NCBI GenBank assembly: GCA_050250895.1
Contig: JBFWNU010000001.1
Location: 2,406,210-2,470,209 of the forward strand
Direction: 5' to 3'
DNA: 64,000 bases
Origin: Vulcanimicrobiota bacterium
GTDB taxonomy: Bacteria > Vulcanimicrobiota > Xenobia > Xenobiales > JADMJV01
Both the position numbers and the translations under genes were made by a program. Every line of letters starts with the position of its first letter. The first letter of the stretch is position 1. The notes below the pieces were generated by a model. It did no database searches. It was given only the letters and a program-made list of their open reading frames with translations, and was not told the origin of the DNA. Positions 54,852 to 64,000 of the stretch are shown piece after piece.

Positions 54852-55697
54852 GTGGACGAACCGCGCATCGAGCGACCGCCCGGTCCTGGCTATCTCGAGC
54901 AGAATCGCCGTCTGGTCGAGCAGCGGCGCCTGCTAGACGAGGTCTGGGAAGAAGAGACCGAAGAGTTCCTCGAACGCCTCGAGATCTCCCCTGGTGAGCG
55001 TGTGCTCGAATTGCGCTGTGGGCCGGGGTTGAGCCTTGGGCGGCTGGCCCGGCGAGTGGGCGCCCGGGGCGAGGTGGTGGGCTTTGAGCCCGACGCTTTG
55101 CTGGCTGCCGAGGGTGGACGCCGAGTGCAGGAAGAGGGCCACAAGACGGTTCGACTGGTGAGCGGCGACTTTCTCAGCCTGGCTTTGATTCCGGGCTCTT
55201 TCGACGTCGTCTATTGCTGCTGGGGCCTGGCCAGTTGGGGCGAGCGCGTGCAGGTGCTCAAGCAGGTGCGCCGCCTGCTCTCCCCGAGCGGCCGCCTGGG
55301 CATCTTCGACTTTCATCGCGAAGGCACCAGGATGTTTCCCTACACCCCGGCCATCGAGGCCGTGCTGCAGGCTAGCGTAGCCTATCATCAGCAGCAGGGG
55401 ACCGAGGTGGTGCTGACCGGCCTTTTGCCCGAGTTGTTCCTGTCGTCCGGCTTTTTGCTCGACGGCGCCTGGCCGCGCCAGAAGGCCGAACCTCCGGGGG
55501 CGCTGTCCTATCGCTGGGTCGAGTCGATGCTGCTCGAGCTGGGCCCCCGTCTGCTAGAATCGCGCCTGCTGGACCCCGATCAGTGGGGAGCCTTCTTGCT
55601 CGAGTGGGAGGCCCGTCGCGTCGATCCCAAGACCTTGTTGTTCTCGCCCCCGGCGGTCGGGGTGTTGGCCCGCCCGCTAAGCAACGTTTCACTCTAA
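54852..55697 (+). CDS. class I SAM-dependent methyltransferase
   Basis: Motif I VLELRCGPGLSLGRLA; post-I acidic residue at VGFEPD. Confidence 0.7.
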   Translation: MDEPRIERPPGPGYLEQNRRLVEQRRLLDEVWEEETEEFLERLEISPGERVLELRCGPGLSLGRLARRVGARGEVVGFEPDALLAAEGGRRVQEEGHKTVRLVSGDFLSLALIPGSFDVVYCCWGLASWGERVQVLKQVRRLLSPSGRLGIFDFHREGTRMFPYTPAIEAVLQASVAYHQQQGTEVVLTGLLPELFLSSGFLLDGAWPRQKAEPPGALSYRWVESMLLELGPRLLESRLLDPDQWGAFLLEWEARRVDPKTLLFSPPAVGVLARPLSNVSL

Positions 55698-55752
55698 TTT
55701 CAGGCTGCCGTCTTAGATTAGGACCGTGGTCATCAAGGCGGGTTATACACCC

Positions 55753-57672
55753 ATGCGGTTCGCCCCCGCTCACGCCGCTCCGTCCACCACGGTGCAACAG
55801 TTGAGCCATGGCCAGAGCGTGCCCGAACACCCGCGGCTGCTGCAGGGGCTCAAGCGGATGGCCAGCGTGCTGGGCGACGCCAACCAGGCGTGTGGCTACC
55901 TCGACCAGATTCTAGAAAGTTCGACCCAGCCCGAGCAAACGGTGGACCGCTACGTCGACCTGCTCAAGGTCAGCGACGCCCGCGACCCCAGGACCCTGGC
56001 CACCGTGTTGTTGGCCCTCGAGCATCGGGCTAATCCAGATGGGGTCAAAGCCTTTCGAACCTTGCTCAAGGGCAGCGAACTGCCCGTGGCCGACGCCTAC
56101 ACCCACCACTGCTGGCTGGAAGAGACCTATGACCAGCAGGCCCGCGACCGGGCCCTGAAGCTGAGCGTCAAAGTGGCCGACATGGCCCCCACCAGCAGTC
56201 TCAAGCCGGCCGTCGAATGGCTGATGGCCCAGCCAGAGCCCGAGCGGGCTATCGCCGAGTTGGTGCGGCTGGGCAAGCTGGGCCTGACCTTCGACCAGGC
56301 CCTGGGCGACCTGCAAGCCGTGGGTGAGCCGACCAGGAAGGATTATGCGGTGCTCGAGCAGATTCGCCGGGAAGTGCCCACGGAGGACAGCTCGGTTCGC
56401 CAGGCCGTGAGCCTGCTGCGAGACAACCAGGCTTTGACCCCCACCTACTTGCGGCTGCTCGACTATCAAGATTCGGCCCTCGAGGCCAATACCGTACTGA
56501 CCACGCTATGCCACTATCCCGAGGCCGACCCCGGCCCGCTGCTCGAACTGCTGGCCGACGCCAGTCCCCGCCAGCGGCGCGAAGTCTATGAAGCGTTCGT
56601 CTCGGTGGCCCAGTTGCCGCAGCCCGCCTCGAAGGGGTGGTTGCTCGACAAGTTGGGCTTCGGCATCAGCAATGAAGAGGCTTTTCGCGACCTGACCCGG
56701 ATGCACCAGTCGCCCCAGATGGCTCTCGAGGACCTCAAGGTGCTGACCTCGGATCCGGCTCAAAGCTTGGGCGACGGACTGGGGCTTCTCAAAGACCTCT
56801 ACATGGTCGACCAGCCCGACTCGGCCTCTTGCGCTCGCGAGGCCTTTGCCTATCTGCGCCAGGCTGACAACCGTAAGCATCTGGGTCTGGTCAAGAAGAT
56901 GGCTAGCGACCTGAGCAGCCTCAGACTGGCGGCCCGGGCGGTAGAGGGGCTCACCGCCGACAAGCCCGCCCGCTCGGCCCTACGCGACCGCCTCGATGCC
57001 TTTTATGCTCGCCTGCAGAGCAGTTCTTCGCCGGGCGCAGCCGTCAACTGGACCCTGGCCGAGGGGCGCTGCCTGGCGGCCGGGTTCACCTCCGAACAGT
57101 TCGAGCGACTGGCCCGCAAGGGCAGCGGCGACTTCCTCATGGTGCTGGCCGAGGGGGCGGCCAACCTGGGCAAACTGCTGGGCGACCAGCGCGAAGGCCT
57201 GGCCGAAGTGCTGGGTCTGTGCACCAACCCATCCCAATTGAACTCGGTCACCAGCTATCTCGAGGCCGGGGCCGGGCCGTTGCGGCTCAAGATCGTCGAC
57301 CGCCTCAGCCGAGCCTTCGGCAGCCTGGACAAGGCCCTCGAAGATTGTAGCAGTCTGGCCACGCGGTTTGACGGTAAGAATGAAGTGGCCGATGCCTATT
57401 CCCAGCTGGCCACCGTCCTGCCGGCGGGGTCGCGCGATAAGCTGCGCGAGCATCTGGAGTGGGCCGTCTCGCAAAACGAGAAACCTCGTTACAAGCGCAT
57501 CCCTCCCGAACGATTCCTGATGGAGCTTGGGAAGGCACTGTTGCTCGACCCCGATACCGAAAAGGCCCGCCAGATCGTGATGAGCGCACTCGAGCCTGAA
57601 CTTGGCCTGATCGACGAAGAAGACTATCTGGTGGTGGGAGATTTCATGGTGGAGAAACACAATGAGCGTTAG
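55753..57672 (+). CDS. large hypothetical helical protein
   Basis: About 640 aa, Leu/Ala/Glu-rich, no recognisable motif. Coupled to the three downstream small membrane paralogs. Confidence 0.5.
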   Translation: MRFAPAHAAPSTTVQQLSHGQSVPEHPRLLQGLKRMASVLGDANQACGYLDQILESSTQPEQTVDRYVDLLKVSDARDPRTLATVLLALEHRANPDGVKAFRTLLKGSELPVADAYTHHCWLEETYDQQARDRALKLSVKVADMAPTSSLKPAVEWLMAQPEPERAIAELVRLGKLGLTFDQALGDLQAVGEPTRKDYAVLEQIRREVPTEDSSVRQAVSLLRDNQALTPTYLRLLDYQDSALEANTVLTTLCHYPEADPGPLLELLADASPRQRREVYEAFVSVAQLPQPASKGWLLDKLGFGISNEEAFRDLTRMHQSPQMALEDLKVLTSDPAQSLGDGLGLLKDLYMVDQPDSASCAREAFAYLRQADNRKHLGLVKKMASDLSSLRLAARAVEGLTADKPARSALRDRLDAFYARLQSSSSPGAAVNWTLAEGRCLAAGFTSEQFERLARKGSGDFLMVLAEGAANLGKLLGDQREGLAEVLGLCTNPSQLNSVTSYLEAGAGPLRLKIVDRLSRAFGSLDKALEDCSSLATRFDGKNEVADAYSQLATVLPAGSRDKLREHLEWAVSQNEKPRYKRIPPERFLMELGKALLLDPDTEKARQIVMSALEPELGLIDEEDYLVVGDFMVEKHNER

Positions 57673-58078
57673 AACGGACCACCTGCTGCCGTTTCAGAAG
57701 CAGGCTCTGACCCGCCGCCTGGGAGCGGGGTCCGAACTGGGGTTGGCTTCGGTGACCACCTATGCCGCCCACGGGCCGGCCATCGGCTCGGCTCTGGGTC
57801 TGGACACCTTCAGCCCCACTCCGTTTCAGGTGGGCTCGGGCCTGATGGCCTGCGTCTATGGAGTGCGAGGGGTGGCCTCGCTGGTCAATGCACCTCGCTA
57901 CGAGACCAAATCGCAAACCAACTTTCGTCGTCTGCTGGCTGGAGCCGACCTGGTCACCTGCTTCGGTCTAGCCGCCCAAGCTTTCGGAGGAGGAACCTGG
58001 GCTACGGCCGTGTCGGCCGGCGGCCTGGTGACCACCTCTGCCCTGCATCTCTGGCATACCTATCGGGAGGAACTATGA
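57662..58078 (+). CDS. small membrane protein, paralog 1 of 3
   Basis: 138 aa; shares GVRG...GLAAQAFGGGTWATAVSAGGLVTTSALHLW architecture with the next two ORFs. Confidence 0.45.
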   Translation: MSVRTDHLLPFQKQALTRRLGAGSELGLASVTTYAAHGPAIGSALGLDTFSPTPFQVGSGLMACVYGVRGVASLVNAPRYETKSQTNFRRLLAGADLVTCFGLAAQAFGGGTWATAVSAGGLVTTSALHLWHTYREEL

Positions 58079-58458
58079 ATATCAACGGATCTTACAGTCA
58101 GCGGAGGCGAGAGGGCGTCGTGCGCTCTTTGCCCACCGTGGCCATGGCGGCCGCCGACAGCTATGTCGGTGCGGCCATGGCCTTCGATTCGTTTGGCTAT
58201 GGCGCGTCCGGCGCCCCGGGCGTGATGCAGTTCGCCAGCGGCGGACTGGCCGCCGTGCACGGAGTGCGAGCCGCTCGCAAGCTCTATGTTGCCTACAACG
58301 AGAGCGACAAACTCGAGCAACGCCGGGCCCAGACCCAGGCCATCGGGCATCTGGCCATCACCGCCGGCTTCATCTGCCTGGCCTCGGGAATGGGGGCCAC
58401 CGCCCTCCCGCTGCTGGCTCTGGGTGAAGCCACCAACCTCTACGCCACCTTTTCTTAG
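58075..58458 (+). CDS. small membrane protein, paralog 2 of 3
   Basis: ATGA overlap; AAVHGVRAARKLYVAY...HLAITAGFICLASGMGATALPLLALGEATNLY. Confidence 0.45.
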   Translation: MNINGSYSQRRREGVVRSLPTVAMAAADSYVGAAMAFDSFGYGASGAPGVMQFASGGLAAVHGVRAARKLYVAYNESDKLEQRRAQTQAIGHLAITAGFICLASGMGATALPLLALGEATNLYATFS

Positions 58459-58470
58459 GAGTTCGCGACC

Positions 58471-58884
58471 ATGAAGATCAGTAATCCTTTCAAAAGCCAC
58501 GCCCGCCCCGGTTCTTTCTCGGAAGCGGTCAAATCCCAGCAGATGAAGGTGGCCGGAAATCTGGCCGTGGCCGGGGCCGATGCCTACGTCGGGGCCCTGG
58601 GCATTCTCAAGCCCGAGGCGGGTTATGCTCCCGTCATGGCCGGCTGGATGGCGGCCGGACACGCCGCCTACGGCATCTATCGAGCCTGGCCTTTCGGCAC
58701 CGACCGCTCGGGCGACCCGATTCTGGTCGACAAAGCCCCCAAAGATTTGGCCGTCGGGGTGGGTCACCTCATCACCGCGGCGGGCCTGGCCGGTATGGCC
58801 GCGGGGGCCGGTCCGGTTGCCGTTCCGGTCATTGCCCTGGGCCAGTTGACGGCCCTGGGCGGAGAATACCTCACCAAAGATTGA
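58471..58884 (+). CDS. small membrane protein, paralog 3 of 3
   Basis: AAGHAAYGIYRAW...HLITAAGLAGMAAGAGPVAVPVIALGQLTALGGEYL. Confidence 0.45.
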   Translation: MKISNPFKSHARPGSFSEAVKSQQMKVAGNLAVAGADAYVGALGILKPEAGYAPVMAGWMAAGHAAYGIYRAWPFGTDRSGDPILVDKAPKDLAVGVGHLITAAGLAGMAAGAGPVAVPVIALGQLTALGGEYLTKD

Positions 58885-59795
58885 ATTTCGTCCCCGGTGG
58901 GAATCAGGGTCAGGTGAGACATCTGGCCCTTTTTCTTCTCCTGTGCAGCGGTCTGGCCTGGGCCGAGCCCGGCAACCGCACTCTGCTCACCACGGCGTGG
59001 GGAGAGGTCTTCTGCGACGGTAGCCTCGAGGTGACCTCGAAGACGCCCGGCCGCTTCACGGTGGTGACCCCTTCGGGACCGATCAACGTGGTGGCCGATG
59101 GCTCGGAAGTGCTCATCCAGTATCCCGACCAGGCTTTGCGGGTTCGTCAGAGCGAGACCAACGAAGGTCACCAGGTGCTGGTGCAGTTTCAGAACAAGAA
59201 TTATCGCATCATCCACCAGAACCGCCAGGTCAAATGGGCCTTCCCGGATGATGAAGCGTTCTTTCGCCTGCGGGCCGGCAAGGTCTATGACGTTTTGGGC
59301 AGTCAGGGCTTTCTGCGCATTCGCCGTCAGGGCGCTCCGGGCAACTACCGGGTCAGCAGCGACATCGGCGAGTCTCACTTCGAGGTGGCCCCAACCGGGG
59401 TCACCACCCACGAAGGCGAGCCGCCCGAGGCTCATCCCTATCTCACCCGCGGAGTCATCTTCAAGGAGGGTCCGGTGGGGCTGGCCGTCTATCTACCCCA
59501 GGGCAACCTGACCGGCGCCCTCAGTTGGACCGGGGCCCGTCGCTACGAGGTTCCCTTGCCCGAGCCCAAACAGCCTGCGGCCAAGCCCGAAGAGCCGGTG
59601 GACCCGCTCAAGGCCAACGACCCCGAGTGGGACAGTCCGGTGCTCAAGTCCACCCCGGTCAATGCCAGCGAAGATCCGATGAAGCTCAAGACCCAGCCCG
59701 TGCCCTATCCCACCCGCGAGGACCTACTCAAGGCCAAGACCAGCACCGAGCCCGACCTGCTCGAGGTCAAGGTCACCACCGACGAAGACGAATAG
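58881..59795 (+). CDS. secreted hypothetical protein
   Basis: Signal peptide ...VRHLALFLLLCSGLAWA|EP. TTG at 58881 or GTG at 58914 as start. Pro/Glu-rich C-terminus. Confidence 0.5.
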   Translation: MNFVPGGNQGQVRHLALFLLLCSGLAWAEPGNRTLLTTAWGEVFCDGSLEVTSKTPGRFTVVTPSGPINVVADGSEVLIQYPDQALRVRQSETNEGHQVLVQFQNKNYRIIHQNRQVKWAFPDDEAFFRLRAGKVYDVLGSQGFLRIRRQGAPGNYRVSSDIGESHFEVAPTGVTTHEGEPPEAHPYLTRGVIFKEGPVGLAVYLPQGNLTGALSWTGARRYEVPLPEPKQPAAKPEEPVDPLKANDPEWDSPVLKSTPVNASEDPMKLKTQPVPYPTREDLLKAKTSTEPDLLEVKVTTDEDE

Positions 59796-59816
59796 GGGAG
59801 GGTTTGGCGGCCGCCT

Positions 59817-62204
59817 TTGGAAGTGTTGGCGATGCCCAGCAGCCGTCGGTCCGGTGACTTTCGTTTCGGCACCAAGGCCGCGACCCTCGAGCGCCTGCGT
59901 CCTCTGGTCGACTTCATGCGGATTGCCCCGCTGGTGGCCTTCAGCCTGCAAGAGTGGAGGTCGGATTCGCAAGCCTGTCTGGGGCGGGTCGCCGGGTTGG
60001 GACCGGTCTCGCTGGTGGTGCGCAGTTCGGCCATCGGCGAAGATAGCCACGAGCAATCCATGGCGGGTGCCTATCTGTCGCTGCTCGATATCGACGGCGC
60101 CAGTCCGGATCGGGTAAGGGAGGCCATCGAGCAAGTCTTTGCGTCCTACCGAGGCAACCCCCTCGACCAGGTGCTGGTGCAGCCGATGGTCAGCCCGGTC
60201 TTGGTCAGCGGCGTGATCACCACCTTTTCGGTCGACGACGGAGCCCCCTATCTGGTCATCAACTACGATGACGATAGCGGGCGCACCGACCGCATCACCG
60301 GAGGCAAAGGGGCCCACAAGAGCGTGTGGGTCTATCGCAAAGCGGGTCGTAAAGCCTTCGAGTCCGAGCGGGTCGCTCGCTGGGTGCGCCTGTCGCTTCG
60401 CCTCGAGCGCCTCTGCGGCGACAAGCCGCTAGACATCGAGTTTGGCGAGACCCCCGACGGAGAATTCCATCTGTTTCAAGTGCGGCCGCTGGCCACCGCG
60501 GGCCGCTGGTCCAGCCCGGTGACCCTGGCCGCTTCTCGCTGCCAGCCCGAACTGGTGCAAGCGGTGCGGCGCCTCTCGCAGCGGCTGCCGGGCGTGCTGG
60601 GTCGGACCACCATCTGGGGCGCCATGGCCGACTGGAACCCGGCCGAGATGATCGGACCCTTGCCCCGGCCACTGGCCGCCTCGCTTTATCGCCACCTGAT
60701 TACCGACTCGACCTGGAGACTGGCCCGCGCCCGCATGGGGTATCGCCACCCCGGCGGTCAGCCGCTGATGGTGTTGCTGGCCGGTCGGCCCTTCATCGAC
60801 ATCCGAGCCAGCTTCAATTCGTTTCTGCCCGCAACGCTCGGGGCCGGACCGGGTTTTCGCCTGGTCGAGGCCTGGCTGGACAGGCTGGCCCATCATCCCG
60901 AGTTCCACGACAAAGTCGAGTTTGAAGTGGCCCTCACGTGCCGCGATTTCAAGTTCGCCCAGACCGTCGAAGAGCGCTATCCCGGGGTTTTGTCGCCCCA
61001 AGAACTGGGGCTTTGGGAACACGGCTTGACCGACCTCACTCGCCAGGCACTGGCGGCCGGGGGCACCCTGGAGCAAGCCCTGCGGCTGGTGCGGGCTCGG
61101 CGGCCGGCACTTCGACCGTCGTTAGGTCCCCTCCAGGCCGCCTGGTGTCTGTTCGAGCGCTGTCGGCGTAGCGGCACGTTGCCCTTCGCCATCGTGGCCC
61201 GCCACGCATTCATCGCCGAGGCCCTGTTGCGCTCGGCCGTGCAACGGGGCGCTCTCGAGCCCGAGCGCCTGTCGTTGTTCCGCCAGTCGGTCCCCACCGT
61301 GGCTCGCCAGTTCACCACTCAGCTGCGCGAGGTCAGCCTGGGCCAGAGGCCGGCGGAGGCTTTCTTCGCCGAATTTGGCCATCTGCGCCCCGGCACCTAC
61401 GAGATCATGTCGCGCCGCTACGACCAGAGCGAAGACCTTTTCCAGGGAGGCCTGGACACTCTGGCCCCGGCCCCTCATCAGGTTTTCGAGCTGCAACCCA
61501 CCGAAGAGAAGAGCCTGGCCCTCTTGCTGGCCGAGGCCAGGCTCGACACCACTCCGGCCCGACTGCTGGACTACGCGGCCCAGGCCATCGCCGGTCGCGA
61601 AGAAGCCAAGTTTCTTTTCACCCGCGACCTGTCCGATGGGCTCGAGCAACTGGCCCGCTGGGGTCAAACCCGCCAGCTTACGCGCGAGCAGGTTTCTTAT
61701 CTCGAGGTGGCGGATATCCTGGATGAGCGCTTTGCTCCCCACCTGCAAGACCCGTCTGGCTATTGGAGCGAGCGCAGCCAGCTCGGCCTGGAGAAGATGC
61801 GGCTGCACCGCTGTGTGCACCTGTCTTATCTCCTGCGCAGCTGGCGCGATGTGCTGGTGGCTCCGGCCCATCGGGCCGTGCCCAACTTCATCACCGACCA
61901 GCGGGTCGAAGCCGAGGGGGTGGCGCTGGATGCGGCTACCTCGGGTACGGCCATCCCCGACCTGTTCGGACGACTGGCCCTGATCGAACAGGCCGATCCC
62001 GGCTTTGACTGGGTCTTCACTCGCGGCATCGCCGGGCTCGTCACCCAGTATGGCGGACCCAACTCGCACATGGCCGTTCGCTGCGCCGAGTTGAGCCTGC
62101 CGGCCGCCATCGGCTGTGGCGAGAATCTCTTCGGCCGCCTGCGCCGGGCCCGCAGGATCGAGTTGAATTGCCTCGAGCGGGTGGTTCGACCCGTGCTCGA
62201 ATAG
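59817..62204 (+). CDS. PEP-utilising-enzyme family protein with rifampin-phosphotransferase-like architecture (N-terminal ATP-grasp/PPDK_N, C-terminal His swivel domain)
   Basis: N-terminus GTKAATLERL...VVRSSAIGED (PPDK_N/ATP-grasp). C-terminal mobile-domain motif VTQYGGPNSHMAVRCAELSLPAAIGC (phospho-His). No PEP/pyruvate TIM-barrel domain between them. Confidence 0.7.
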   Translation: MEVLAMPSSRRSGDFRFGTKAATLERLRPLVDFMRIAPLVAFSLQEWRSDSQACLGRVAGLGPVSLVVRSSAIGEDSHEQSMAGAYLSLLDIDGASPDRVREAIEQVFASYRGNPLDQVLVQPMVSPVLVSGVITTFSVDDGAPYLVINYDDDSGRTDRITGGKGAHKSVWVYRKAGRKAFESERVARWVRLSLRLERLCGDKPLDIEFGETPDGEFHLFQVRPLATAGRWSSPVTLAASRCQPELVQAVRRLSQRLPGVLGRTTIWGAMADWNPAEMIGPLPRPLAASLYRHLITDSTWRLARARMGYRHPGGQPLMVLLAGRPFIDIRASFNSFLPATLGAGPGFRLVEAWLDRLAHHPEFHDKVEFEVALTCRDFKFAQTVEERYPGVLSPQELGLWEHGLTDLTRQALAAGGTLEQALRLVRARRPALRPSLGPLQAAWCLFERCRRSGTLPFAIVARHAFIAEALLRSAVQRGALEPERLSLFRQSVPTVARQFTTQLREVSLGQRPAEAFFAEFGHLRPGTYEIMSRRYDQSEDLFQGGLDTLAPAPHQVFELQPTEEKSLALLLAEARLDTTPARLLDYAAQAIAGREEAKFLFTRDLSDGLEQLARWGQTRQLTREQVSYLEVADILDERFAPHLQDPSGYWSERSQLGLEKMRLHRCVHLSYLLRSWRDVLVAPAHRAVPNFITDQRVEAEGVALDAATSGTAIPDLFGRLALIEQADPGFDWVFTRGIAGLVTQYGGPNSHMAVRCAELSLPAAIGCGENLFGRLRRARRIELNCLERVVRPVLE

Positions 62205-62250
62205 CCAGGCCAGGAGAGATCGCCCTGACCTCGAACCCCACGAACTGCAC

Positions 62251-62943
62251 ATGGTCGACGTCTCCGTCTGCATGGCGGCATACAACGAAGAGGACAACAT
62301 CCTGGAGGCCGTCGAGGAGATGGTGGCTACCATGGACTCGTTCTCGGGCAGCTACGAGATCGTCATCATCGACGACGGTAGCACCGACAACACTCCCGCC
62401 CTGGCCGACCAGCTGGCCCACCGTTTCGCCCACGTGCGCGTCATCCACCACCCCACCAACCTGGGTCTGGGCGGCTATTACCGCACCGCTTTTGCCGAGT
62501 CGCGAGGGTGGGCCACGACCTTCTTTCCCACCGACGGGCAATTCCCCACCGACATCGTGCCCACGTTCTTCCAGCGGCTCCACGAGCTGGACTTGCTCTG
62601 CAGCTATATCACCAAGGTCAACGAAGGCCCGATGCGCCAACTGGTGACCGTCTGTGAGCGGCTCATCTATCGATTGTTGTTTGGACCCCTGCCCCGCATG
62701 CAGGGCATCATGATGGTGCGCACCGAGGCCCTGCGGCAATTGACCTTTCGCTCCCAGGGGCGGGATTGGACCATTCTCTTCGAGTTGCTGGTGCTGGGCA
62801 CGCGAGCCGGCTGGAGGATCGACTCGGTCCCCATCGACTATTATCCGCGCCGTTCGGGCCACTCCAAGGTGATGAACTTTCGCACCGCCCTGCTGAATTT
62901 GCTGGGCATCCTGCGACTCTGGTGGATCCTCTTGCGACCATGA
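62251..62943 (+). CDS. family 2 glycosyltransferase (DPM1-like)
   Basis: VSVCMAAYNEEDNI, IVIIDDGSTDNT (DxD); 230 aa. Confidence 0.8.
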   Translation: MVDVSVCMAAYNEEDNILEAVEEMVATMDSFSGSYEIVIIDDGSTDNTPALADQLAHRFAHVRVIHHPTNLGLGGYYRTAFAESRGWATTFFPTDGQFPTDIVPTFFQRLHELDLLCSYITKVNEGPMRQLVTVCERLIYRLLFGPLPRMQGIMMVRTEALRQLTFRSQGRDWTILFELLVLGTRAGWRIDSVPIDYYPRRSGHSKVMNFRTALLNLLGILRLWWILLRP

Positions 62944-62958
62944 CGAGGATCCGCTGAC

Positions 62959-63468
62959 ATGGTCTTCTGGATCACCGGCCTGTCGGGCGCCGGCAAATCG
63001 ACCCTGGCCCGAGCCTGGTGCGCCTTCCTGCGAGAGCATCACGACTGTCTGCCGGTCTTGCTCGACGGTGACGAGATCCGGGCGGTGGTGGCCGACCCGG
63101 CCGCCGGCCACGACCGCCCTGGCCGGCTGCGCAACGCTTTTCGCCTGGCCCGCCTGGCCCATCTGTTAGAGAGCCAGGGCCACACGGTGGTGGTGGCCAC
63201 CATGTCGCTTTTTCACGAGATCCACGACTGGAATCGCCGCGAACTCAAGGGCTATCTCGAAGTGCTCCTCCAGGTAAGCCCCGAAGTGCTGGCCCGCCGC
63301 CACCAGCAAAACCTCTATGACGGCAGCCACTCGAACGTGGTCGGGGTGGACCTTCCCGCCGAAGAGCCCAAAGAGCCGCACCTGGTTCTCGACAATAACC
63401 CCGAGCGCGAAGACCTGGCCCCTTTGCTCGCTCAAATTCAAGCGGCCTGGCAGGTGATGACCCCATGA
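62959..63468 (+). CDS. cysC: adenylyl-sulfate (APS) kinase
   Basis: P-loop VFWITGLSGAGKSTLA and LDGDEIR motifs characteristic of CysC. Confidence 0.8.
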   Translation: MVFWITGLSGAGKSTLARAWCAFLREHHDCLPVLLDGDEIRAVVADPAAGHDRPGRLRNAFRLARLAHLLESQGHTVVVATMSLFHEIHDWNRRELKGYLEVLLQVSPEVLARRHQQNLYDGSHSNVVGVDLPAEEPKEPHLVLDNNPEREDLAPLLAQIQAAWQVMTP

Positions 63469-64000
63469 AGCCCATCTTTCTCAACGCCATGTCGCGCAAC
63501 GGGCACTCGCTGCTCTACCAGTTGCTGGCCGACCACCCCCAGCTGTCCTTTCTGCCCGGGCGCATCCACTTTGCCTGCCGAGAGCCCCGGGGCTTTCCAC
63601 TGACTGGGCCGGTGACCGATCTGGTCGAGCAGCTGCTGGCCCGTCACACGGTCGACATCGGCGAGCAGTACCAAGACTACCAGTCGATTCCTATTACCGA
63701 CTTCGCTCGCTTTCCCCAGGCTGAATTCCGCCGACGGGCTCGAGCCTCGGGCGACCTCAAAGAGCAGTTCCACGCCTATCTGCGGGCTCTCTTCGAGGTC
63801 TTTGAGCAGACCCCGCGAGAGTATACCCTGATCCAGGATGACCACATGTACGCCCTGGGCCTCGAGATGGTGTTGCCTGTTTTTCCTGAAGCGCGCTTTC
63901 TGCAGCCCATTCGCTCGGGCTTTGACGTGGTGGCCTCGAAAAAGAACCTGATGCTGTTTCATCTGGGCCACCGGGGCGACTCCCGGTCGATGGAACTCAC
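63465..64000 (+). CDS. putative PAPS-dependent sulfotransferase (3' end beyond window)
   Basis: ATGA overlap with cysC. N-terminal FLNAMSRNGHSLL occupies the position of the 5'-PSB loop of sulfotransferases. Call rests mainly on gene context. Confidence 0.45.
   Translation, partial: MKPIFLNAMSRNGHSLLYQLLADHPQLSFLPGRIHFACREPRGFPLTGPVTDLVEQLLARHTVDIGEQYQDYQSIPITDFARFPQAEFRRRARASGDLKEQFHAYLRALFEVFEQTPREYTLIQDDHMYALGLEMVLPVFPEARFLQPIRSGFDVVASKKNLMLFHLGHRGDSRSMEL

Overview
High-GC bacterial chromosomal segment with roughly 60 protein-coding genes, one tRNA, and several repeat and regulatory elements. Gene overlaps of 1 to 4 nt, GTG/TTG starts and Gram-negative-type lipoboxes are frequent. Many long antisense ORFs in the supplied track are GC-driven artefacts and are not annotated. 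Main content: (1) An msrA gene whose catalytic Cys codon is an in-frame TGA followed by a hairpin, suggesting a selenocysteine MsrA. (2) A translationally coupled operon: receptor-like Ser/Thr kinase (extracytoplasmic PEGA-like domain), GAF-domain::GspF/PilC platform fusion, PilX-like protein, two prepilin-type pseudopilins, and a 1125-aa alpha/beta-hydrolase carrying an EF-hand loop and C-terminal repeats. No ATPase, secretin or prepilin peptidase is in the window. (3) A ~13 kb array (16.4 to 29.6 kb) of a two-gene cassette present in three variably decayed copies. Gene 1 is a large lipoprotein with a FlgD-Ig-like domain; gene 2 is a secreted protein with a DNRLRE-like C-terminal domain. The array shows a tandem-duplication junction at ~21739/21740, frameshifted pseudogenes, near-identical 3' domains, and shared upstream elements including a CRP/FNR-like site. 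It ends with an AbiEii-type nucleotidyltransferase pair. (4) An initiator tRNA-fMet with a textbook promoter and bidirectional terminator. (5) A TetR gene flanked by a 19-bp inverted-repeat pair. (6) A rifampin-phosphotransferase-like PEP-utilising enzyme next to GT2, APS kinase and sulfotransferase genes. (7) A radical-SAM protein coupled to an APH-like kinase and MgtE. Housekeeping genes: def, fpg/mutM, Xaa-Pro aminopeptidase, POT transporter, HIT, HAD, histone-H1-like protein. All function calls are motif-level inferences from the translated ORFs; no database searches were run.
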